DNA from: Methanobacteriota archaeon
Lineage (GTDB): Archaea; Halobacteriota; Bog-38; Methanoflorentales; Methanoflorentaceae
Assembly (NCBI GenBank): GCA_963701995.1
Contig: OY969693.1
Location: forward strand, 901,050 to 965,049
Reading direction: 5' to 3'
DNA length: 64,000 bases
A program made the position numbers and the translations under genes. Every line of letters starts with the position of its first letter. Position 1 is the first letter of the stretch. The notes beneath the pieces are model-generated. The model made no database searches and was not told the DNA's origin. It saw only the letters and a program-made list of their open reading frames with translations. Shown here piece after piece: positions 19,498 through 29,482 of this stretch.

Positions 19498-19733
19498 GGT
19501 CAGCTCACCTTCTCCTTCGTCAAAGTCTCTCTACAATCTAGGCAAATATGTGCCGAGCCAGCGACTAGCACCACCTGCAACAGGTAATCGAGAGGGTGAC
19601 ACAGTAGTTGGGTTCTTCGTTTGGTCAAGAGTGTGAGCACAAACTCAACCGAAAATGTTCACGCATCACCCTCTCAGATTACAGGGATGGTTGGCGGCTT
19701 TCCATTACACTCGGTGGATTGCAGCAAGCGCCT

Positions 19734-20240
19734 CTAATCGCATACTTCTTCGACGATGGCTTGCGCCGCCCTGTTTTGTCGTGCCCCGCGCGCGTGCAAG
19801 CCAAGTTCATTCGCAATGGGTCCTAACTCTTGTGCCTTTTTGACGATCTTATTCATCGTTTCCTGGAACTTGATCCCTTCTGATGCGGAAATTTGGTCCC
19901 AGTACAGCCGCTCGGGATTGATCCCGACCGCTTGCAAATAAGGCTTGAGCAAGGTCATGCGCGCGTTGCAGGCGAAGTTTCCCTTAAGGTAGTGGCAGTC
20001 ACCAAAGTGGCAGCCAAGCACCATAACAATGTCCGCGCCGGAGAGGAACCCTTTGACTATGAACAGCGGGTTCAGTCTCCCTGTGCACATCACACGTATG
20101 ACGCGCGCGTTCGTCGCGTACTGCATTCGCGCGGTACCAGCCCCGTCTGCGCCGGCATAGGAGCACCAATTACAGCAGAAGGTTAAGATGTGGGGCTCCC
20201 ATTTCTGCTCGCTCGACTCCGTCACTTCCACTTGGCTCAT
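19734..20240 (-). CDS. mvhD: hydrogenase/heterodisulfide-reductase-linked [2Fe-2S] subunit MvhD (FlpD)
   Basis: FCCNWCSYAGAD.AG, RVMCTGR, GCHFGDCHY..GN, ISASEG; ATGA overlap with fdhB. Confidence 0.94.
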   Translation of the reverse strand: MSQVEVTESSEQKWEPHILTFCCNWCSYAGADGAGTARMQYATNARVIRVMCTGRLNPLFIVKGFLSGADIVMVLGCHFGDCHYLKGNFACNARMTLLKPYLQAVGINPERLYWDQISASEGIKFQETMNKIVKKAQELGPIANELGLHARGARQNRAAQAIVEEVCD

Positions 20241-21424
20241 TCTTGGACCTCCAACCAGTAAGAAAGGGGAAATGGATCCTCCATTGACCGTCCTGGCACA
20301 TAGCCTATCGCCTTTTGAATGTCAGTTTGCACCATGTGAGTGATAGTAGCAATGGGGATTTCCGAGGGACAACCGTCCTCACACTGACCACAGTCCACAC
20401 ACGATGGCCCTATGTGAAGCAATCGCGAGAGGTGAAACATCGGCTCAGGAGGTAACTTGCCTTGCGGCATGACATAATCTTTTTTCGTAAAGCACTCCTC
20501 GCAGTAGCATATCGGACAGTTAATAATGCAGTTTCGGCACAATATGCACTTTTCTAATTCAGCAAAGATCTTTTCGAACTTGTTATCGCCGTCAAACTTG
20601 GCAAATTGCGCGGCCATAAATTTGTGTGCCATCTTCACCATGATCCCATCTAGCTTCTCACGGAGTGCAATCCCTTCAGGTGGCGCGTCGGTCAATGTAA
20701 TGGCTCCTGCCACCTTTGCTGTATCAAGCAGCTTTTGGCCCTTATCCGTGAGCACTTCGACGAAGGTTGCCTTTCCTGCGTCAGGGCCAATAACGCCCCA
20801 GTTGCCGCACGCAATATCGGCCATCTTTGGGATGTTGTATTCGCATCGCTGGCAGTTCTTGCGCCTGCCAAAGCCCTCCTCCTCCAACGTATCTATCGCG
20901 ACCTCTTTGTGTTGGCCATCCTTGGTCTGCAAGATCAGCTTGCCCTTAGCAATCTCCTCTTTTACCACGTCATCGGGATCAATGTCATAGAATCGTCGAA
21001 TCATCGCGCGTGCGGGTATTGGGGGCATCGTCCCTGCGCAATTCACGCCGACCATATAGATGTTGTCCATGTCAAGCTGGTTCCGCTTTCCCATCTCAAC
21101 AATGGCGCGGCCATCGCAAGGTTTGCACGTGACGGCGACGCGCGTATCGCGAGCGCCATTCAGGTAATTTTTGATTACCTTCGCGCTAAGCGTCGGTGCG
21201 CAATGCAACGAGCCAGCAGCTTCTACTATCTCTTCCTGAGTCGTCGCAAAAAATGGAAAGCCATCGTAGATGCTTTCTCCCTTCTTTATAACCAGTGCCC
21301 CGTCGACTAAGTTCTGTCCTAACGCTGAGGCAAGTATTGCTGTAACCGCTCCACCGCACTCACCTTTCTGCTGAATGGCGTTGTCGGCCGCTTGCGCGTA
21401 GAACATATCTCCTACTTTCACCAT
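20237..21424 (-). CDS. fdhB: F420-dependent formate dehydrogenase beta subunit
   Basis: GECGGAVT, AGSLHCAP, KPCD, GVNCAGT, RRKNCQRCE, CxxCxxCxxxCP twice. Confidence 0.95.
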   Translation of the reverse strand: MVKVGDMFYAQAADNAIQQKGECGGAVTAILASALGQNLVDGALVIKKGESIYDGFPFFATTQEEIVEAAGSLHCAPTLSAKVIKNYLNGARDTRVAVTCKPCDGRAIVEMGKRNQLDMDNIYMVGVNCAGTMPPIPARAMIRRFYDIDPDDVVKEEIAKGKLILQTKDGQHKEVAIDTLEEEGFGRRKNCQRCEYNIPKMADIACGNWGVIGPDAGKATFVEVLTDKGQKLLDTAKVAGAITLTDAPPEGIALREKLDGIMVKMAHKFMAAQFAKFDGDNKFEKIFAELEKCILCRNCIINCPICYCEECFTKKDYVMPQGKLPPEPMFHLSRLLHIGPSCVDCGQCEDGCPSEIPIATITHMVQTDIQKAIGYVPGRSMEDPFPLSYWLEVQE

Positions 21425-21439
21425 TTTTCGTCGCCTCCT

Positions 21440-23479
21440 CTAAGCGGGTTGAACAGCTGCAGCACAGACCTTAAGCTCGGGCATCTTAGCAGCTGGATCG
21501 AGAGCAGTATTTGTCAGCACGTTCGCTGCTGCCTCCTTGAAGTGGAACGGCATAAAGAGTATTCCTTTTGGAATGTCTTTGGTGACGTTGGCAGGTGTTG
21601 TGACCTCTCCGCGTCGCGTTCGCACCTTTACCATGTCTCCTTTAGCCACTCCAAGTTCAGCAGCGTCTTCTGGGCTTATTTCAACGTATCCCGTTGGGAC
21701 TTCGTGGTCAAGCGTCGGCGACCGTCTCGACATCGTTCCAGTGTGGTAGTGGAACAGTATACGGCCGGTCGTGAGGATGAACGGATAGTCCTTATCGGTC
21801 ACTTCTGCAGGTGGCTTCCACTCCACTCCGACGAAGGTTCCCAGTCCGTCAGGCGCTGAAAACTTCACTGTGTGGAGAATCGGCGTTCCGGGATGTTCTT
21901 CGGTCGGGCACGGCCAATGTAGTGCTTCTGGCTTTTCGAGCCGTGCGTAGGTCATTCCTGCGTACTGCGGCGTCACCTGTCTGACTTCTTCGAATATCTG
22001 TTCGGCGCTCTCGTAGTTGAAACCAGGAATCCCTAACTTGTCCGCAAGGGCCATGGTTATCTCCCAGTCAGCCTTTGCTTCACCTGGCGGCTCAATTGCT
22101 TTTCTAACGCGTTGGACGCGTCTTTCAGTGCTCGTAAACGTGCCGTCTTTTTCCGCCCAACACGCGCTCGGTAGTACGACGTCTGCGAGTTCAGCGGTCT
22201 CAGTCAGGAAGATGTCCTGGACTACGAGGAAATCGAGCTTCTTAAGACATTCAGCGGCGTGGGTGAGGTCAGGGTCTGACATCATCGGATTCTCTCCGAC
22301 AATGTACATGTTCTTGATCTCATCGCCGGCAGCTCCCAGCATCTCAGTGACGGTCAGACCGCCCGCGGCTGGCAAACCTTCGACTCCCCAGAATTCTTCC
22401 ATTTTTTGGCGTGCCGCATCAACGGCCACCGACTGGTATCCAGAGTACACGACAGGCAGCGCTCCCATGTCGCACGCTCCTTGCACGTTGTTCTGCCCTC
22501 TTAGCGGATTAACGCCCGTGCCAGGCCTGCCGATGTTGCCCGTCAGCATCGCGATATTTGAAGTCGAAAGCACGTTGTCTGTGCCCGTGGTGTGCTGCGT
22601 GATTCCCATTGAGTAAATCAAAGCCGTGGCGTTTGCGCTTGCGTAAGCCATGGCCACTTCCTTAACGAGTTCGGGGGGCACCGTTGTTATCTCTTCAACG
22701 TCTGCGTATTTTTTGACGACCTCCTTGAGCTCATCAAATCCCTTCGTTCGCTCGGCGATGAATTCTTTGTCTTCCTTTCCTTCCTCAATGATCCAATACA
22801 TCATCGAGTTCAGAAGCGCGACGTCAGTGCCGGGTTTGAAGGGCACGTAGATGTCCGCCAATTTTGCGGTCGTTGAATACCGTGGGTCAGCGACGATTAT
22901 CTTCGCTCCCATTTCTTTCGCTCGGATGATACTTCTCCCGATGAGTGGGTGCTGCTCCATGGTATTCGAACCGATGACAAATATGCAATCAGCTTGTGCA
23001 ATGTCGGCAATGGAGTTTGTCATCGCACCGGAGCCGAACGAGCGCGCGAGTCCGGATACCGTGGGACCGTGACACAGCCGCGCACAGTGATCGATGTAGT
23101 TGGTGCGGAAGCCCGCTCTCGCCAGCTTGTTCATCAAGTAGTTCTCTTCATTTGTTGTCCTGGCAGAAGATAGGAACGCCACAGAATTGGGCCCGTACGT
23201 TTCCTGCGTTGCCTTGAATTTAGAGGCAACCAGGGTAAGGGCTTCATCCCACGTCGACTCGACGAACTTGCCATCCTTTTTGATCAGGGGCAGAGTGAGT
23301 CGTTCTTCGCTGTGAACAAACTCATCGCACGCGAGCCCTTTTGGGCAGAGTTTGCCCTCGTTAACGGGGTGTCGTCTCCAGGGTTCGACCCCTACGAGCT
23401 TTCCGTCTTGAACGACAAGGTTTAATCCGCAACCACAGCCGCAGTAGGGGCAGGTGGTTGGCACGTAGTGGAAGTTCAT
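21440..23479 (-). CDS. fdhA: formate dehydrogenase alpha subunit (Mo/W-bisPGD, Cys-type)
   Basis: TCPYCGCGC...[13 protein letters not shown] active site, [21 protein letters not shown]. Confidence 0.97.
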   Translation of the reverse strand: MNFHYVPTTCPYCGCGCGLNLVVQDGKLVGVEPWRRHPVNEGKLCPKGLACDEFVHSEERLTLPLIKKDGKFVESTWDEALTLVASKFKATQETYGPNSVAFLSSARTTNEENYLMNKLARAGFRTNYIDHCARLCHGPTVSGLARSFGSGAMTNSIADIAQADCIFVIGSNTMEQHPLIGRSIIRAKEMGAKIIVADPRYSTTAKLADIYVPFKPGTDVALLNSMMYWIIEEGKEDKEFIAERTKGFDELKEVVKKYADVEEITTVPPELVKEVAMAYASANATALIYSMGITQHTTGTDNVLSTSNIAMLTGNIGRPGTGVNPLRGQNNVQGACDMGALPVVYSGYQSVAVDAARQKMEEFWGVEGLPAAGGLTVTEMLGAAGDEIKNMYIVGENPMMSDPDLTHAAECLKKLDFLVVQDIFLTETAELADVVLPSACWAEKDGTFTSTERRVQRVRKAIEPPGEAKADWEITMALADKLGIPGFNYESAEQIFEEVRQVTPQYAGMTYARLEKPEALHWPCPTEEHPGTPILHTVKFSAPDGLGTFVGVEWKPPAEVTDKDYPFILTTGRILFHYHTGTMSRRSPTLDHEVPTGYVEISPEDAAELGVAKGDMVKVRTRRGEVTTPANVTKDIPKGILFMPFHFKEAAANVLTNTALDPAAKMPELKVCAAAVQPA

Positions 23480-23570
23480 ATTCTCTCCTATTTTCTTTTT
23501 TATTCGAGTTCTGAGATAATTCTAGACGTATAATCCTTTGTTGCTGGCGGCTTAAATCTTTGGTTTCCAC

Positions 23571-23611
23571 AAAAAAGAGTAAAAAAAGAAGAGGACGGGC
23601 AGAAGCCCGTC
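23571..23611 (-). terminator. hairpin plus U-tract terminator after fdhC
   Basis: GACGGGC-TTCT-GCCCGTC hairpin followed on the minus strand by CTCTTCTTTTTTTACTCTTTTTT. Confidence 0.6.
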
Positions 23612-23650
23612 GTTTAGCCAACGCCGGAAACAGCCGGCTAATTGTGCTGC

Positions 23651-24508
23651 TTACGAATCGATTTCTGCTCTGTCGGCGATGATCTCTGCTTTTTCACTTC
23701 CGCGAAGGAGCGCGTACCAGTAGATCGTTGCCACGAATATCGCCCCGCCAATGATATTTCCCAAAGTCACAGGGAGCAGGTTTACAGCCAGGAACTGTCC
23801 CCATACGCCGGGATCTCCCGCCATGTGGTTGGCGAAGATGTATGCGGGAATGAAGAACATGTTGGCTACGCTGTGCTCAAAGCCGATCGCGACGAAGGCC
23901 ATTATCGGGAAAAATATTCCAAATATTTTGCCGATTGTGTCGTCCGAGGCGACGGCCAGATAAACGGCGAGACAGACGAGCCAGTTGCAGCCTATGCCCC
24001 TGTAGAAAGCGTCCCAAAACGGCAAAGCCAATTTCGCATTATATACTACCTGGGCGTTAAGGAAAGCGGCTGACGCTGCTGCGGTTCCGCTCGGCGCAAT
24101 GATCAGGGCGGTTAGGTACGACAGCGCCCCAGCGACGAACAACGCTCCGATGAAGTTGCCGATGTATGAGCCTGTCCAGTTCTTCAGCAGTCCCACGATG
24201 GAGGCTTTGCGGTGAAGCACCGCCACTGTCGGGAACATGCAGTTGCCCGTGAATAGTTCTGAGCCTGCGATAACCACTAACATTAAGCCGACGGTAAACG
24301 TCGCACCGAAAACGAGCCGATATAATCCAACGGGATATCCCGCTTTTGTCATGCCTGCTGTAACGATTAACGCCAGCAGCCCCCCAAACGCGATGTAAGC
24401 GCCTGCGAGGAACCCCATAAGCAAGAGCTTGTCCCACGGGAGCAAGGTCTTGGCTGTGCCTGTGACTTGCACGGCTTTAATTGTCTCTAAAGGGCTTTTA
24501 AAAGTCAT
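23651..24508 (-). CDS. fdhC: formate/nitrite transporter family formate channel
   Basis: GFLAGAYIAFG, GSELFTGN, GIGCNWLVCLAV, GFEHSVANMF, PVTLGNIIGG; lies upstream of fdhAB. Confidence 0.94.
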   Translation of the reverse strand: MTFKSPLETIKAVQVTGTAKTLLPWDKLLLMGFLAGAYIAFGGLLALIVTAGMTKAGYPVGLYRLVFGATFTVGLMLVVIAGSELFTGNCMFPTVAVLHRKASIVGLLKNWTGSYIGNFIGALFVAGALSYLTALIIAPSGTAAASAAFLNAQVVYNAKLALPFWDAFYRGIGCNWLVCLAVYLAVASDDTIGKIFGIFFPIMAFVAIGFEHSVANMFFIPAYIFANHMAGDPGVWGQFLAVNLLPVTLGNIIGGAIFVATIYWYALLRGSEKAEIIADRAEIDS

Positions 24509-24716
24509 TAGATCACCAAAAATGCAATAAAAGAGTCATGTACTATATAACCCTTGATACACCCGCGAATTAGCAATAGTTATATAGAGGATGGCGGTAG
24601 TTGCCTGCCATACTCGCTACGCAAACGGCCCTATAACGGTCTTGAAGATTTTTATACTATTAGCGTTGATAACTTTCATCTTATCTCTCTAAATGCACCA
24701 AAAGGAGGTTACTAGT

Positions 24717-25940
24717 TTGGCCAATGTAGTTGAAATGGCACCGGTTACTCGTGTCGAAGGGCACTCCAAGTTAGTTCTAGAGACAAACGATGACGGTATA
24801 GTGGAAAAAGGAAACTACTTCAGCATTACGCCGGTCAGGAACTTTGAAAAGTTCCTTATCGGAAAGCCGATGGAGTTTGCGCCACTGGCAACGTCACGGA
24901 TTTGTGGCATCTGCCCAATCACTCACGCGTGCGCTTCGGTAGAGGCCGTCGAGGACTCAATTGGCGTTGAGCCCCCGAAAGACGGCATGTTGCTGCGAGA
25001 ACTCGCTGCGATTGCTAACAAAATGCACAGCCATCCGCTTCATAGCATTTTGATTTTCCCGGACTTCGGGATCGGCGTCGGCTTTGATAAAAACGTCTAC
25101 GCGGAAGCAATGAAGCGGTGTCAGGGAATGAGAAAAGTCGCCCAAAACATCATCGACGTTGTCGGCGGTGAGGGCTTACACGCTCCTGATATTGTAATCG
25201 GCGGGATGCAACACAACATCAGCGATCTTGCACAAGCTAAATTGCAGAGCAGTCTACGAACCTACGAAGGACTTACAAACGAACACACCGACTTCATGAT
25301 GGGCCTGTTCAAGGACTCTGACTATGCATCAGATATGGGGATGCACGACTACGACGTGTTTGCTTCGGACTTGACGTACGGCGACAGAACGGCCTTCCCT
25401 TGGGGCACGTTTAACGAAGAACAGCCGAACAACTGGTACAGCTCTCTGGAAGTTGGGCAGGAGGCAAACAATACGATATGCCTCGTCGGCGGCGAACCGG
25501 TTGAAGTCGGACCTCGCGCACGAGCGGCGACGTTCAAGGGATTCACTGAGAGGGGTGCAATGGGCATCCAAAAGGCTCGAATTCGAGAACTGGGTACGCT
25601 TGTTCATAGAGCTGAGAATATCCTGGACGAGCTCAATACAAGCGGCGTAACAAAGGAAGCGTGTGCCGGTCGCGGCGACAACGAGCTGGGAATCGGAATC
25701 AACGAAGCAGCTCGTGGCGCGAACGTTCACATGGCACGGGTTAAGGATGGCCGGATTCGGTACTACAATTGCCTCGTTCCGACGACTTGGAATTACCCAA
25801 CAATCAGCAAAGCGCTAGAAGGAGACCACTACAAGTTCGCAGAAGTTATCGTAAGGGCGTACGATCCGTGCAACTCGTGTGCAACGCATATGATCGTGTT
25901 GGATCCTGAAAAAACCATCATTCAGAACAAGATGATCTAA
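24717..25940 (+). CDS. frhA: F420-reducing [NiFe]-hydrogenase large subunit
   Basis: PVTRVEGH, RICGICP, YDPCNSCATH plus a cleavable C-terminal tail; AGGAGGT RBS supports TTG start at 24717. Confidence 0.95.
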   Translation: MANVVEMAPVTRVEGHSKLVLETNDDGIVEKGNYFSITPVRNFEKFLIGKPMEFAPLATSRICGICPITHACASVEAVEDSIGVEPPKDGMLLRELAAIANKMHSHPLHSILIFPDFGIGVGFDKNVYAEAMKRCQGMRKVAQNIIDVVGGEGLHAPDIVIGGMQHNISDLAQAKLQSSLRTYEGLTNEHTDFMMGLFKDSDYASDMGMHDYDVFASDLTYGDRTAFPWGTFNEEQPNNWYSSLEVGQEANNTICLVGGEPVEVGPRARAATFKGFTERGAMGIQKARIRELGTLVHRAENILDELNTSGVTKEACAGRGDNELGIGINEAARGANVHMARVKDGRIRYYNCLVPTTWNYPTISKALEGDHYKFAEVIVRAYDPCNSCATHMIVLDPEKTIIQNKMI

Positions 25941-25941
25941 A

Positions 25942-26400
25942 GTGAGCGACTCGATTTGCGATGCAGAGGCGATTATAGCCTGCTGCGGAAATCCACTCTA
26001 CGGCGACAATGGTTTCGGGACTGCCTTAGTTCCCGTACTGAAGCAGACATTGAATGGCGCACCGCGCCTTAAGATCGTCGACGTCGGCAGAGGGTACTTC
26101 TTGTTTAGTATTCTTGGATGCAAGAAGCTCGTACTCGTCGATTCGATAGATTTCGGAGGTGCTCCTGGAGAGCTAAGGAAGTTTTCGACCGATGATGTCG
26201 ATAGGAATCGTTACGCCGATCATCAGTGCTGGCAGACGTCTACACCACTCGACGAGTTAGAAGAACGATGTGAGGTAGTAATCGTTGCGTGCCAGCCAAA
26301 GAGTTATAAGCAAATCGAATTTGGACTTACAGAGGAAGTCAAAGGATCGATTCCTGATGCTACGGAGTTAATCCAAAAGGAAGTAGAGGAGTATTTATGA
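25942..26400 (+). CDS. frhD: hydrogenase maturation protease FrhD
   Basis: CGNPLYGDNGFG, VLVDSIDFGGAPG, ACQP, GLTEEV; position between frhA and frhG. Confidence 0.9.
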   Translation: MSDSICDAEAIIACCGNPLYGDNGFGTALVPVLKQTLNGAPRLKIVDVGRGYFLFSILGCKKLVLVDSIDFGGAPGELRKFSTDDVDRNRYADHQCWQTSTPLDELEERCEVVIVACQPKSYKQIEFGLTEEVKGSIPDATELIQKEVEEYL

Positions 26401-27260
26401 GCCCGTTTTGGAAGAAAGAGAAGAAATCTGACGCCGAAAACATCGCGGAGATGCAGAGGGCCAGCCCTCCGGCTGCAGAAGAGAAAACGGAGGCCGCTCA
26501 ACCGGAGATAACAGTAAAGCCCGCAGAAGCGGAGGCTGAGGTGAAAGAAATGGCTGCTGCAAAACCAAAAGTGCTAACGGCAGTGATGAGTGGATGTACG
26601 GGATGTCTTATATCGTTAACCGATAACTACGACATTCTTCTTGATTTGCTCGACGCGATAGACTACCGGTATGAGACGACGCTTGCAGACGTAAGAGAGA
26701 TTCCCGATGATCAAATGGATATTGCCATTGTTCACGGTTCTATTTGTCTGCAAGACAAGAGACAGGTTGATGACATACGCAAGATCCGACAGAATTCGAC
26801 GTTTTTAGTCGCCATGGGCGGGTGTGCCAGCTCAGGCTGCGTGACTCGATACAGCGTAGGTGGACAGGCGGCGACGCCGTCGCAAGAATCGTTCGTTCCT
26901 GTCGCGAATCTCGTTAAAGTCGATTTCGCACTTCCTGGATGTCCTACTGGTCCAGAGGTGATCGCTAACACGATACTCGCGGCGGTAGGTGCGGACCTAG
27001 AGTACCTGAAGCCCCTCGCCGAACTTGCGGGATTTGCGTGCGGCTGTGACCTATTGACAAAAATCATCGGAAACGGACTGTGCATCGGGTGTGGCACCTG
27101 TGCCATGTCGTGCCCCACGCGGGCGATTGACATGGACTACGGGCGTCCGCACGTCAACCAGGAGCTCTGCATAAAATGCGGAGCGTGCTATGCGCAATGT
27201 CCGAGGAGCTTCGAGCCGACCTTTGAAATGATAGAGAAGCGCGTCATGGGGGTGGAGTGA
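26397..27260 (+). CDS. frhG: F420-reducing hydrogenase gamma subunit
   Basis: SGCTGC, GGCASSGC, PGCP, ACGCDL and C-terminal 2x[4Fe-4S] ferredoxin motifs. Confidence 0.94.
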   Translation: MSPFWKKEKKSDAENIAEMQRASPPAAEEKTEAAQPEITVKPAEAEAEVKEMAAAKPKVLTAVMSGCTGCLISLTDNYDILLDLLDAIDYRYETTLADVREIPDDQMDIAIVHGSICLQDKRQVDDIRKIRQNSTFLVAMGGCASSGCVTRYSVGGQAATPSQESFVPVANLVKVDFALPGCPTGPEVIANTILAAVGADLEYLKPLAELAGFACGCDLLTKIIGNGLCIGCGTCAMSCPTRAIDMDYGRPHVNQELCIKCGACYAQCPRSFEPTFEMIEKRVMGVE

Positions 27261-28109
27261 ATGGTTCTAGGTAAGTACCTCGACATTATGACGGTGAAGA
27301 CTACGGACAAGACTCTTCAGAAGTATTCACAAGACGGCGGCATAGTCAGCGCCCTTTTGATCCACGCCCTTGAAACCGGCGTGATTGAAGGCGCTATCGT
27401 CGCTATGCCGACCGACGAACCTTGGAATCCGGAGCCATACGTCGCTACTACGCCTGAGGAGATCATCGCAGCGGCCGGCACAAAATACGTGCTGTGTCCA
27501 CTCAACAACGCGCTGAAGATTGCGGCACGCGAGCAAGGCCTCGACAAGATCGGAATGGTCGGCATGCATTGCCTGACCTATGCGGTCCGAAAGATGCAGC
27601 TCTATCCGTTTGGGGCGCGTCATCTGCCTAATAAAATGGCATTGCTTCTCGGCATATTCTGCACTGAGAACTTCAGCTACACCGGAATTAAAGCGATCGT
27701 CGAAGAGCTTCACAAGGTGAATATTGAACACGTCGAAAAGATGGATGTTTCTAAGGGCAAGATGATCGTCACATCAACCCTGGGCGAGCGGGTTGAAGTC
27801 CCGGTGAAGCTGACCCACAATTACGTTCAGCCGGGCTGCTATATTTGTCCCGACCTGACCGCGCGAACTGCGGACATCTCGACAGGATCGATCGGCTCGC
27901 CTGACGGGTGGTCGACCGTCATGCCGCGGACCAAAGTCGGAAAGGATCTGTTCCAAAGCGCGGTCGATATGGGCCTGTTTGAGACCAAGCCAATAGATCC
28001 CGGCAAATTCGGCATGGAAATGCTGACGAGGCTCGCGCAGAACAAGTGGGATCGCTCTGAGAAGACCAGGGCGGAAAGAGCGGAAATTGGACTTCCAAAT
28101 CCGTTCTAA
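27261..28109 (+). CDS. frhB: F420-reducing hydrogenase beta subunit
   Basis: MVLGKY, QDGGIVS, AAGTKY, GIFCTENF, GCYICPD, DISTGSIGSPDGWSTV. Confidence 0.95.
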   Translation: MVLGKYLDIMTVKTTDKTLQKYSQDGGIVSALLIHALETGVIEGAIVAMPTDEPWNPEPYVATTPEEIIAAAGTKYVLCPLNNALKIAAREQGLDKIGMVGMHCLTYAVRKMQLYPFGARHLPNKMALLLGIFCTENFSYTGIKAIVEELHKVNIEHVEKMDVSKGKMIVTSTLGERVEVPVKLTHNYVQPGCYICPDLTARTADISTGSIGSPDGWSTVMPRTKVGKDLFQSAVDMGLFETKPIDPGKFGMEMLTRLAQNKWDRSEKTRAERAEIGLPNPF

Positions 28110-28196
28110 CCCCCTCTTTTTTTATTTTTTGCAAACTTTTATATTTTTTAAATTATAATACTGGTTAATGGAATTGCCGCGCTGATAGGTGATCGC

Positions 28197-29414
28197 ATGG
28201 AGCTGCTCGCAGACGTAGGAGGGAAGCCCGGGGTTGATTGTCGCGGGTTTTGCAGTTATTGCTACTTCAAGAAGGTAAAAGATTTTAAGCCATTTGGGTG
28301 CCGCTTCTGTTCACCCCTCAGTGAGGGCTGTGACTTCTGCGGAAGAGCGATTGCAGAGAAGTACGCGGGGTTTAAGCCACTTTTACGCGTTGCGCAAGAT
28401 GTCCACGCTACCCTCAAGATGAGTTCAAAAGACCCTGAAAAGGTCACGATAAGTGGTGGGGGGGACGTCAGCTGTTATCCCGATTTACTCGAGCTGGCTG
28501 AGTTACTCGCCAGCCTCCAAGTCCCAATCCATCTCGGGTACACAAGTGGCAAAGGCTTCGACAGCCCGGAAGCTGCCGACAAGCTAGTCAATAATAACGT
28601 GCGTGAAGTCTCATTTACCGTTTTTGCGACCTCCCCCCACTTGCGCAAACGCTATATGGGGGATCCTTCGCCTGAGGCTTCACTTCAATGCCTCTCGACC
28701 TTTTGCGCGTCCTCTGACGTTTATGCCGCCGCGGTAATCATACCTGGGGTCAACGACGGCGACGTCCTCAGAAAAACGTGTGACGATCTCGAGGACATGG
28801 GTGCGCGGGGTTTGATTTTGATGCGGTTCGCGAATCACGCAAAGGAGGGGTTAATTCTTGGGAATGCGCCCATAATCCGCAACATTGAATCTCAGCCAAT
28901 CGAGAGCTTCAAGGAACTAGTTAGCAGTATCAACGACCATTACAAGCTGCGAGTCACCGGTACCCCGCTGTGGGACCCTGAAATCGGATCGCCCTTCTAC
29001 GTGGCAAGCAATCCCGAAGCGCACCTTCCCAGAACTGAGAAGCGCGCGACAGTGATCACGGGAGCCGTAGCGGGGCCGTATCTTCGTTCCATATTTCAGC
29101 GGATAGCGCCAAACGTCAACGTTGTGAGCACCGAAAAAGAGATCGCGTGTCTCATCACGCTCGACGACATTCAGAAGCTGAATTTGGGAGATATGAATGA
29201 GACGGTCATCATCCCTGGTCGGGCAATGGTGCACGACAAGGCCGCCACAGCAGCACTGCGCGCCGATGGAGTGTACCGAATTGTGCGGCGAGGGCCCGAA
29301 CAACTCACAGTCGATGGCGAGATGAGCATCGGCCTGAGGCGCGAAGAAGTCTTGGGACGTGAGGTAGCAAGCTTCAAGGAACTAATTCGGACGATCAATG
29401 CGATAGGGACGTGA
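28197..29414 (+). CDS. mmp10: methanogenesis marker 10, B12-dependent radical-SAM MCR arginine methyltransferase
   Basis: DVGGKPGVDCRGFCSYCYF, second CxxC..C..C iron loop, GGGDVSCYP, LMRFAN, RRGP..LTVDGEMS. Confidence 0.94.
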   Translation: MELLADVGGKPGVDCRGFCSYCYFKKVKDFKPFGCRFCSPLSEGCDFCGRAIAEKYAGFKPLLRVAQDVHATLKMSSKDPEKVTISGGGDVSCYPDLLELAELLASLQVPIHLGYTSGKGFDSPEAADKLVNNNVREVSFTVFATSPHLRKRYMGDPSPEASLQCLSTFCASSDVYAAAVIIPGVNDGDVLRKTCDDLEDMGARGLILMRFANHAKEGLILGNAPIIRNIESQPIESFKELVSSINDHYKLRVTGTPLWDPEIGSPFYVASNPEAHLPRTEKRATVITGAVAGPYLRSIFQRIAPNVNVVSTEKEIACLITLDDIQKLNLGDMNETVIIPGRAMVHDKAATAALRADGVYRIVRRGPEQLTVDGEMSIGLRREEVLGREVASFKELIRTINAIGT

Positions 29415-29482
29415 CAGCCTAAGAAATCGGCCGAGTAACAGTCAATTTGTTGGCGCCGGGTGGGTGTCCCGAGGGGGGGCTA

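Noticed and set aside
21440-25940. Selenocysteine or pyrrolysine recoding in fdhA/frhA
   Set aside because: The active sites encode Cys (CARLCH; DPCNSC) and no in-frame TGA/TAG interrupts these genes.
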